Shown here piece after piece: positions 1-6,608 of a stretch of 17,390 nt of DNA. The stretch is from Candidatus Aenigmatarchaeota archaeon (GTDB lineage: Archaea > Aenigmatarchaeota > Aenigmatarchaeia > QMZP01), in assembly GCA_038999435.1 (NCBI GenBank), contig JAVZYR010000014.1, positions 1 through 17,390 on the forward strand. The letters are read 5' to 3'. Both the position numbers and the translations under genes were made by a program. Position 1 is the first letter of the stretch. Each line of letters begins with the position of its first letter. The notes beneath the pieces are model-generated. The model did no database searches and was not told the origin of the DNA. It worked only from the letters and a program-made list of their open reading frames with translations.

Positions 1-86
1 AAACAGCAGATAGAAATGTTGCTGGGCAAATGAAATCATGCGAAGAGATAACACGTGTTACTGATTGCGGGGGTTGCCCAAGATAG
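1..86 (+). CDS. Partial CDS (3' end), small Cys-rich protein, possibly pilin-like or secreted
   Basis: Frame starting at nt 3 reads TADRNVAGQMKSCEEITRVTDCGGCPR to TAG at 84-86. The Cys-rich tail resembles that of the next gene. The 5' end lies outside the window. Confidence 0.5.
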   Translation, partial: TADRNVAGQMKSCEEITRVTDCGGCPR

Positions 87-124
87 ATTTAACTAAATTT
101 TAATCTGTTGCGCTAATTATATTT

Positions 125-400
125 ATGCAAGGTATATCAACCCCTCTGCTCATTGTGATAACTTTAATAGTCATTCTCATCACAGCTCTTGTTATCCTAA
201 CGATTTTTTCAGGTGGCACGCAAGATATTGCAAGTGTGATAAATTCTTGGTTACATGGTCCTGGCAAACTACCTCCTGCATGCGCAACTGGTTGTAATGC
301 ATGGAAGGCAACATGCAAGCCAGGCGAGAGCATACCATATCGATCTTTCCCTGGTTGTGATTTAGATGGGGATTGTGTATGCCCACAAGTACAAAAATGA
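125..400 (+). CDS. Small class III signal peptide (pilin-like) protein with Cys-rich C-terminus
   Basis: MQG/ISTPLLIVITLIVILITALVILTIF: short leader, Gly, then a hydrophobic helix. Six Cys in the C-terminal half. Stop overlaps the scpA ATG (ATGA 397-400). Confidence 0.75.
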   Translation: MQGISTPLLIVITLIVILITALVILTIFSGGTQDIASVINSWLHGPGKLPPACATGCNAWKATCKPGESIPYRSFPGCDLDGDCVCPQVQK

Positions 401-1080
401 AAGAAGAAGATATTGTTCAGCTTCTGGCATCCGAATGGTCATGGGAACAGGTTCTATACAAAATAGTTGCAGCTGAAAATCTAAATCCATGGGACCTTGA
501 CCTGAAAATACTCTCAGATTCATTCATGAGATATGTGCTGAAGATGAAAGAGCTTGACTTTAAGATACCTGCAAAATATGTCATCATAGCATCTGTACTT
601 CTTCGTATGAAATCTGATGACCTGAGGATATTTAACTATGATGATGGCCTTGATGAATTCTCCTCAATCGAAGAGTTACAACCAAGACAGAAGATAGACA
701 TACCACCAATACAAATTCCGCATGGCAGGATATACAGAAAGCCTGTTATGTTGGATGATTTAATAAATGCGCTAAGGGCTGTACTAAAAACAGAAAAGAA
801 AAGACAAAAAAGATTTCACAACTTTGACATAAAACTCGATACTGTTGATATGAGCAAGAGGGCTGAAGAACTGTATGCATGCATATGCAAGATGATGAAA
901 GGGGAAAAGATAAGCTTCTCGCAATTGGTAAAGGAATGGAAGAAAGAAAATGTACTAAAGAATTTTATACCTCTAATACATCTTGATTTTGAAGGAAAGA
1001 TAAGATGTAAACAAGAAGTGCCATTTGATGAAATATTTATAGAGGTGAATGGGCATGGAAGAAAAGCTCGCACTACTTGA
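397..1080 (+). CDS. scpA: Segregation and condensation protein A (kleisin)
   Basis: N-terminal LNPWDLDL and IASVLLRMKS motifs; C-terminal FIPLIHL...QEVPFDEIFI winged-helix motif. Start moved from 373 to ATG 397 (ATGA coupling). Confidence 0.9.
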   Translation: MKEEDIVQLLASEWSWEQVLYKIVAAENLNPWDLDLKILSDSFMRYVLKMKELDFKIPAKYVIIASVLLRMKSDDLRIFNYDDGLDEFSSIEELQPRQKIDIPPIQIPHGRIYRKPVMLDDLINALRAVLKTEKKRQKRFHNFDIKLDTVDMSKRAEELYACICKMMKGEKISFSQLVKEWKKENVLKNFIPLIHLDFEGKIRCKQEVPFDEIFIEVNGHGRKARTT

Positions 1081-1543
1081 GGCGGCTTTATTTGTCTCGC
1101 CAGAGCCACTTCAGATAGAAGAAATTGCAAGAATACTTGGACTTGGCTCAGCAGGAGAGGTAAAGGCACTTCTTGAAAGATTGAAGAAGGAATGGTCTGC
1201 AAGGGCAATAGAGCTTGTTGAGACAGAGGCAGGATGGCAATTTAATGTAAAGCCAGAATATCTGAAAAAGGTCTCCCATCTCTCTCCGTACTATGAGTTA
1301 TCAGATGGTTGCCGAAGAACACTTGCAATCATTATATGGAAAGAGCCTGTCAAAAAATCAGAGATTGCTAAAATACAGGGCAACAAGGCGTATGGTTATA
1401 TAAAACAACTTGAGAAGGCAGGCCTTATAAAATCTGAAAAATGTGGACATACAGCTATCATAAGGCTGACTCAAAAATTTGAAAGATATCTTGGAAAAAA
1501 TAAAGAGGAAATAAAAAGGGCGATTGAGGAGATGGTTAAATGA
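1055..1543 (+). CDS. scpB: Segregation and condensation protein B (kite)
   Basis: LEAALFVSPEPL, IELVETEAGWQF, RTLAIIIWKEPVKKSEI and T-x-KF motifs. SD-like GAGGTGA at 1042-1048 favours ATG 1055 over ATG 1049. Confidence 0.92.
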   Translation: MEEKLALLEAALFVSPEPLQIEEIARILGLGSAGEVKALLERLKKEWSARAIELVETEAGWQFNVKPEYLKKVSHLSPYYELSDGCRRTLAIIIWKEPVKKSEIAKIQGNKAYGYIKQLEKAGLIKSEKCGHTAIIRLTQKFERYLGKNKEEIKRAIEEMVK

Positions 1544-3102
1544 TATTTTGGGCAGATAAACTTGGCAAACAAGTAATTGAAAGAGAGAATAAGTTAAAAA
1601 GAACAAAGATTTTAAGGGTAGAGTCAGGTATTGGTGCCTCGGGTATCCCCCATCTCGGCTCTGCCTCAGATGCAGTGCGTGCATGGGCAGTATGTCTTGC
1701 GATAAGAGACCAAGGTAAGAATTCAGAACTCATTGCTTTTTCTGATGACAGAGACGGATTAAGAAAGGTTCCATCTGGATTTCCAACAACATTGAAATCT
1801 GAAATTGGAAAGCCTGTGAGCCTAATAAAAGATCCTTTCTCATGCCATGCAAGCTATAGCGAGCATATGTCAAGCCTGCTCATCGATGCACTTGATAGGC
1901 TTGGAATTGAATACAAATTTCAATCAGGAAATGTTGCATATGCTAAAGGGATGTTAGACAAACAGATAGACCTTGCATTAAAAAATTCAGATAGCATAAA
2001 AAAGGTGATCAAGGACATGCTCGGACAAGAGCTTGTAACTGTCTTTTTTCCTATATGTCAAAGATGTGAAAGGATATACACAACAAGGGTCACAGGTTAT
2101 GAAAATGGAAAGATAATCTATTCATGTGATGGTGAATTTGAAGGAAAGGTTGAAGGCAAGCCATTGATTGTTAAAGGCTGTGGATATAAGGGAGAGTGTA
2201 CAACGAAAGATGGAAAGCTTGCATGGAAGGTTGAGTTTGCAGCCCGATGGGCAGCACTGAAGATATGCTTTGAGGCATATGGCAAGGACATTGCAGATTC
2301 TGTGAGGGTAAATGATTGGGTAAGTAAGAATATATTTGGATGGGAACCACCAATACATGCGCAGTATGAACTTTTCTTGCAAAAGAGTGGGGCAAAGATA
2401 TCTAAATCTGTTGGAAATGTCATAACACCTCAGCAATGGCTTACATGTGCATCACCACAATCACTAAATCTCCTCTTCTACAAAAGATTTGTTGGAACGA
2501 GGGAGATAGATCTGTCGTCAATACCTGTTTATATGGATGAGGTTGACAGGCTCGAACGTATATGGTTTGGTGAAGAAAAGGTGCAAAATGAAAGAGAACT
2601 TGCACATCTGAAAAGGCTCTTCGAATACATAAACTATCTTAACCCGCCAAAAAAGCCGCATATACACATTGCATATCACATACTTGCAAACATTGCAAGG
2701 ATCACACAAAACAAAGAGATTATAAGGCAGATACTTATTGACATGGGAAAGATAGAACCTGGCAAAGAAAGCCAAGATGTTGAAAAGAGGATTGAATGGG
2801 TGATAAATTGGATTGGAAAACAGGAAAAAGAGAAAGTGAAGATAGGCAGCGCTGAAGCTGTCCCGCTTTTCATGCTTGCGGAATGGCTTGAGAAAGAAAG
2901 GTCTGCAGAAGAGATACAAGGAAAGATATTCGAGCTGGCAAAAAGCCATGGCATACAACCACCAAAACTTTTCGAACTTGTATATGCAATACTTCTCGGC
3001 TCAACACGAGGGCCAAGAGCAGGAAAACTCATAAAGATACTTGGTTGCAAAAAGGTTTCTGAGGAAATTAAAAAGGCATTGAGTGGGCCCGCTGGGATTT
3101 GA
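1540..3102 (+). CDS. lysS: Lysine--tRNA ligase, class I
   Basis: FWAD start, SGIGASGIPHLGS (HIGH-like), DDRDGLRKVP, PICQRC, KLAWKVEFAARW, EAYGKD, KISKSVGN (KMSKS-like), C-terminal GPRAG. Confidence 0.96.
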   Translation: MIFWADKLGKQVIERENKLKRTKILRVESGIGASGIPHLGSASDAVRAWAVCLAIRDQGKNSELIAFSDDRDGLRKVPSGFPTTLKSEIGKPVSLIKDPFSCHASYSEHMSSLLIDALDRLGIEYKFQSGNVAYAKGMLDKQIDLALKNSDSIKKVIKDMLGQELVTVFFPICQRCERIYTTRVTGYENGKIIYSCDGEFEGKVEGKPLIVKGCGYKGECTTKDGKLAWKVEFAARWAALKICFEAYGKDIADSVRVNDWVSKNIFGWEPPIHAQYELFLQKSGAKISKSVGNVITPQQWLTCASPQSLNLLFYKRFVGTREIDLSSIPVYMDEVDRLERIWFGEEKVQNERELAHLKRLFEYINYLNPPKKPHIHIAYHILANIARITQNKEIIRQILIDMGKIEPGKESQDVEKRIEWVINWIGKQEKEKVKIGSAEAVPLFMLAEWLEKERSAEEIQGKIFELAKSHGIQPPKLFELVYAILLGSTRGPRAGKLIKILGCKKVSEEIKKALSGPAGI

Positions 3103-3158
3103 ACCCAGGTCGGCAGCACCCCAAGCTGCAATGCTAGACCAAGCTACACCACGGGCCC
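3084..3158 (-). tRNA. tRNA-Pro(GGG), intronless, CCA not encoded
   Basis: Reverse complement folds as GGGCCCG acceptor / D arm / GCAGC-TTGGGGT-GCTGC / CTGGG-TTCAAAT-CCCAG / CGGGCCC-A. Confidence 0.95.
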
Positions 3159-3959
3159 AAAAAGCCTTCTGCAAAACCTTTGTTCTTTTTTGAAATCCGA
3201 TTCTGTTGGTGCACTTCTATCTACTTTAGCTACTGTTTCAAGCAGCACATATCTACAATTGCTGTTTTTTATAATGGTTACAAGCCTTTCTATATCAAGT
3301 TGGCCTTCACCAAGAACAAGATGGTCTATAGGCCTTCCAGTTAGAATGCAGTCATGAAAATGTATAGCTTCTATCCTATTTTTATGCATCTTAAACCACT
3401 CATCAACATTATAATCCTTTTTTTGAATCCATCTTACAATCACTGCATGACCAATATCAAGGCATATTTTTTCTATTTTGTTAAAATGTTCTGGAAGGCC
3501 CATAAATAGACATGGATTGTTTTCGATAATTATGTTTATTTTATGCTTTTTCCCAAGCCTTTTTAGCCTATTCAATGCATAAAGAGCATATTTATCTGAT
3601 TTTCTTTTTATCTCCTCAAATCTATATGTTGGTATATGATTTAAGATATGAGCATTGTAATAGTATGGCTCAAGCCCTGATATCGATTCTATCGATTCTC
3701 TCATAACCTCAAGGCTAGCATTTCTTATCTCAGAAATAGGGCTTGCTATATCCATTCCAGCCCATGGTGCGTGGAATGCATAGCCAAGCCCAAATCTTTG
3801 TGCATTTGTGTGAATGCTTTCTGTTTTCTTAAATATATGAATTGGATAGTCAAGCGAGAGCTCAAAATAATCAAAGCCAAGATGTGAAACTCTTGATATA
3901 GCCCTCTCTAACCCAAGCCTCCTTATGTCCCCATACCATACAGGTATGCCTAATTTCAT
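3144..3959 (-). CDS. Sugar phosphate isomerase/epimerase / AP endonuclease 2 family TIM-barrel metalloprotein
   Basis: GFDYFEL, FHAP, IIIEN, CLDIGHA, IHFHD, DHLVLGEG and LLE motifs. The true start is probably ATG 3959 (MKLGIPV); the longer ORF to 4058 runs into tRNA-Arg. Confidence 0.85.
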   Translation of the reverse strand: MKLGIPVWYGDIRRLGLERAISRVSHLGFDYFELSLDYPIHIFKKTESIHTNAQRFGLGYAFHAPWAGMDIASPISEIRNASLEVMRESIESISGLEPYYYNAHILNHIPTYRFEEIKRKSDKYALYALNRLKRLGKKHKINIIIENNPCLFMGLPEHFNKIEKICLDIGHAVIVRWIQKKDYNVDEWFKMHKNRIEAIHFHDCILTGRPIDHLVLGEGQLDIERLVTIIKNSNCRYVLLETVAKVDRSAPTESDFKKEQRFCRRLFGPVV

Positions 3960-3974
3960 ATGGGCCCGGAGGGA

Positions 3975-4137
3975 TTCTCTCTGGAAACCCTCAAGGTTTC
4001 CAGCCATCCGGGAGCTGTTTCGCTTCGCTCCACAACGCTTCCGGAAGCGTGCCCGCAAGCGCTTTCTTCTTGAAAGGTTTTGGAAGCGGTCAGCTTCTTC
4101 TTTCCGCGAGCGCTTTCTTCTTGAAAGAAAGGGCTCA
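3975..4137 (-). other. 163-nt T-loop (59/60) intron of tRNA-Arg
   Basis: Interrupts TTCGAA^TCCCTC. Ends AGAG-AA, which partly pairs with TTCG, followed by a bulge. Multi-hairpin and GC-rich. The exact splice register is inferred from BHB geometry. Confidence 0.8.
4053..4127 (-). repeat. 24-nt direct repeat pair (23/24 identical) separated by 27 nt, inside the tRNA-Arg T-loop intron
   Basis: CTTTCAAGAAGAAAGCGCTCGCGG (4127-4104) and CTTTCAAGAAGAAAGCGCTTGCGG (4076-4053). Confidence 0.9.
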
Positions 4138-4159
4138 TTCGAACCCTCGACCCCCGGCT

Positions 4160-4192
4160 TTCTTCATTTTTATCAGCTCTTCTAAGAAGACT
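4160..4192 (-). ncRNA. 33-nt canonical 37/38 intron of tRNA-Arg; candidate minimal box C'/D' methylation guide
   Basis: BHB geometry: CTTC (32-35) pairs with intron GAAG; bulges TA^A and AA^A. Contains CTTAGAAGA-G-CTGA-TAAAA-ATGAAGA. The intron call is firm; the guide function is inferred. Confidence 0.6.
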
Positions 4193-4215
4193 TAGAAGAC
4201 CGGTGCTCTATCCAA

Positions 4216-4243
4216 TTGCTTGCCCTTTTATTTAAAAAGGGCT
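4216..4243 (-). other. 28-nt D-loop (15/16) intron of tRNA-Arg
   Basis: GCTC-AG^A-[GCCCTTTT TAAAT AAAAGGGC]-AAGC-AA^T: relaxed bulge-helix-bulge with an 8-bp intron hairpin. Confidence 0.85.
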
Positions 4244-4263
4244 CTGAGCTACGGGCCCATATC

Positions 4264-4845
4264 TTATTTTAGAAAAATTGTAATAAAGATTGCTGTCAAA
4301 GGTGGTATGAGAAGGTTGTCATCGATTATATACTTCAGCTTCTTGTTTTTAACGAGCACAGGTATTAGTTCCACGAATGTTGCAAAAACAGAGACTGGTA
4401 TTGAATACAGACCTATAAAATACCATGAAGTTAGTGAACCAAAAAAGAATGCAAGGCTGCCCTCAATGCTCTTTTCTCCTATCTTATGTCTACCTGCAAA
4501 TTTCCCAATCAATGTTGCAAGTGCATCACCAACAACAAGAATAAGGCATGCTGCTGATGCTGTGTTAAGAGGAAATAAAAGGAATGTCAGGCCCATAGAG
4601 AAGAAAAACCAGAACGCGCCAATGAGTGGGAATTCTGTTTCTCTTTCAAATGAGAGAATAAATTTTCTAAAATTTTTTTCAGCAGGATGTAACATCACGC
4701 CCCATCTCAAATAAACAAGATAGACAAACATGAAAAATGCTATCATAAAACACCAAGAAAATATCATACTTCCAATAAACTGGGCAATAATTATGAATAT
4801 CAACCCTGAGAGATGTACAAACTGTCTTCTTATCTCCCTTTTCAT
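4264..4845 (-). CDS. Dolichol/phytol (polyprenol) kinase family membrane protein (CTP-dependent)
   Basis: EIRRQFVHLSG, GDALATLIGK...KSIEGSLAFF and DDNL motifs; several hydrophobic helices. Confidence 0.85.
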   Translation of the reverse strand: MKREIRRQFVHLSGLIFIIIAQFIGSMIFSWCFMIAFFMFVYLVYLRWGVMLHPAEKNFRKFILSFERETEFPLIGAFWFFFSMGLTFLLFPLNTASAACLILVVGDALATLIGKFAGRHKIGEKSIEGSLAFFFGSLTSWYFIGLYSIPVSVFATFVELIPVLVKNKKLKYIIDDNLLIPPLTAIFITIFLK

Positions 4846-5759
4846 GCTGGTATGATACCAATCCTTATTACAAAAAGGAAAATCGCAAATGCTGCAACAA
4901 GCATTATCAGTGAATGCTTAGCCCCTGCCAATATGGATGATTCGCTCAACTGTCCAACTATAAAACCCATGAAAATAGCCTCTATTACAACGATTGTAAA
5001 GAAAAGTGAAGTATAATATAATGTTACTCCAGATGATAGACCAAGGGCTGCTCCAAGTATTATGAAATAATTACAGGGGAATGTTTTTGCCGATTGACAT
5101 GGATTTGAAAATCCAAAGCCGTATTGTGTTTGTGTTGGTTGTGCTTCTATGATTGGAACCATTATTGATATAATCAAAATCGCTATTCCTAAGAAAACAA
5201 AGAATATTCCATACATCAACATTGTATGCCCTCTTGCCATCGATTCTCTTTCAGCATCTATTTCTTTGAACATGAGCATATTTCGTGCAATTGCATCAAG
5301 TGTTGCTGCAACATCACCACCAGATATATTTGCCTCCTTCATCACTATCAGTGCTTCTGACATAAGCCTTGAACCTTTTACCCTTTTTTCAAATATTTCA
5401 AGAACACGTGTAATCGGAACATCCCATGTCAACTTTGCAGCAATCCTTCTTATCTCCTCAGACAATTTCCCATAATCTGTTTTTGATGCTGATATGATTG
5501 CCTGCTTCATTGACATTCCAGACCTAATCGAATCCGAGACATCCCTGATGAAGTTTGGAAATTGCATCTCAAGTGACTTAAGCCATGTATAGTGTGCATA
5601 TTTTACTAAAAAAATAGATATCACAAAAACAAGTGTAGCAATCATAATCATATTTCCAAGCACACCAACATCCATGCTTAACAAACCTAATATAACTAAA
5701 AATATCGCTATTGTTGTTGATGCAAGCATTATTTTTTGATTTTGTGCAAACTCTTTCAT
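4842..5759 (-). CDS. Type II secretion system F family / TadC-like pilus platform membrane protein
   Basis: FPNFIRDVSDSIRSGMS, DYGKLSEEI and SGGDVAATL T2SSF motifs plus TM helices. Start moved to ATG 5759 (ATGA overlap with the upstream stop). Confidence 0.88.
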   Translation of the reverse strand: MKEFAQNQKIMLASTTIAIFLVILGLLSMDVGVLGNMIMIATLVFVISIFLVKYAHYTWLKSLEMQFPNFIRDVSDSIRSGMSMKQAIISASKTDYGKLSEEIRRIAAKLTWDVPITRVLEIFEKRVKGSRLMSEALIVMKEANISGGDVAATLDAIARNMLMFKEIDAERESMARGHTMLMYGIFFVFLGIAILIISIMVPIIEAQPTQTQYGFGFSNPCQSAKTFPCNYFIILGAALGLSSGVTLYYTSLFFTIVVIEAIFMGFIVGQLSESSILAGAKHSLIMLVAAFAIFLFVIRIGIIPA

Positions 5760-6607
5760 GTCTCGTAAGGTGATATCGATTTCAACAATATTATGAATGC
5801 GAGTGAGAGCAGCGGCACAAAAAAGAATGTTATAAAAGATTGAAGCCATATTACACCATGACCTATCATAGGAGACATTATAGCAAGTAGCACAACAAAG
5901 AAAAGTGAACCGAGTATGACAAGTGTTGTATAGATTTCAGTATAAAGAGATATTTGTTTAGAATAATCAGTAAGCATTCTGCGGTAGCCTGCCATAAGAC
6001 TTTCTGTTTTGATCTTAAGATATTCTTCTAGATTCCCTCCTGCAGTTATGACAGATGACATACCAATGAGAAGCTCTGAGAATGCAGCAGATGGTGATCT
6101 CATTGCAGCCCTTTGAAGTGCTGTATTCAAGTCCATACCAAGCGCTGTTACATTTGTATATATCCTTTGTGCTTCATGACCAATTATACCCTTTCTCATC
6201 CTGAGCAACCGAAATATCTCTATTGGATTTGAGCCAGATGATGCAATAGTTGTCATATAAAAAGCAGCAAAGGGTAAGCTTCTTTCAATCTCTCTTTTCA
6301 GCATACCAATTCTCATCGTTGGATACCAATAACCAAATAGAAAAACGATTGATGAAGATATTATTGCTGAAATGATAGAAAATGTAAAAGCATATGTTGC
6401 GTGTGGTGCAAGAAATGGTATGAGTAGGGATGAAAATATGAGAGTGAACAAAAATGCTAAAAGGGAGAATAGAATGTATTGACAAACATATTCAAGAATA
6501 CTTTGTTTCATCCTTGCCCTTTTTAGTTCTATCTTGAGGTTTTCAAATGAGCTAAGATATGGCTCAACTATCCTTCCAAATAAACTGACTGCAAACTTTT
6601 CAAACAT
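5756..6607 (-). CDS. Type II secretion system F family / TadB-TadC-like pilus platform membrane protein
   Basis: IERSLPFAAFYMTTIASSG, AAMRSPS...FSELL and GGNLEEYL motifs; TM helices; directly follows the ATPase. Confidence 0.88.
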   Translation of the reverse strand: MFEKFAVSLFGRIVEPYLSSFENLKIELKRARMKQSILEYVCQYILFSLLAFLFTLIFSSLLIPFLAPHATYAFTFSIISAIISSSIVFLFGYWYPTMRIGMLKREIERSLPFAAFYMTTIASSGSNPIEIFRLLRMRKGIIGHEAQRIYTNVTALGMDLNTALQRAAMRSPSAAFSELLIGMSSVITAGGNLEEYLKIKTESLMAGYRRMLTDYSKQISLYTEIYTTLVILGSLFFVVLLAIMSPMIGHGVIWLQSFITFFFVPLLSLAFIILLKSISPYET

Positions 6608-6608
6608 A

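Larger units (their letters stand above)
3961..4258 (-). tRNA. tRNA-Arg(UCU) with three introns (15/16, 37/38, 59/60)
   Basis: Removing 4216-4243, 4160-4192 and 3975-4137 yields the 74-nt cloverleaf GGGCCCGTAGCTCAGTTGGATAGAGCACCGGTCTTCTAAGCCGGGGGTCGAGGGTTCGAATCCCTCCGGGCCCA. Anticodon TCT at 4196-4194. Arg determinant A20 is present. Confidence 0.92.

Noticed and set aside
3960..4058. N-terminal 33-aa extension of the TIM-barrel ORF, and the + strand ORF 3925-4185
   Set aside because: Both overlap the tRNA-Arg 3' exon and intron. The family-like sequence begins at MKLG (3959).
4077..4103. CTGA in the 27-nt insert as a second D box
   Set aside because: No C box partner nearby and no target found in the three tRNAs here. 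It lies in a GAAGC/GCTTC hairpin loop.
4053..4127. Possible mini CRISPR array (24-27-24 nt, repeat ending TTGAAAG on the + strand)
   Set aside because: Only two repeats, located inside a tRNA intron, with no leader and no cas genes in the window. Better explained as a local duplication.
3956..4138. 60-aa ORF MSPFFQEESARG... and its twin at 12149-12343
   Set aside because: Both are translations of the shared tRNA intron plus 3' exon. The ATG is formed by the exon-intron junction, GC-rich sequence has few stops, and the ORFs are far too short for a homing endonuclease.
3084..4258. Integrated element or attL/attR suggested by repeated GGGCCCG tRNA ends
   Set aside because: All three GGGCCCG-bounded units are complete tRNA genes rather than 3' fragments. 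There is no integrase, and the enclosed genes are ordinary cellular genes.
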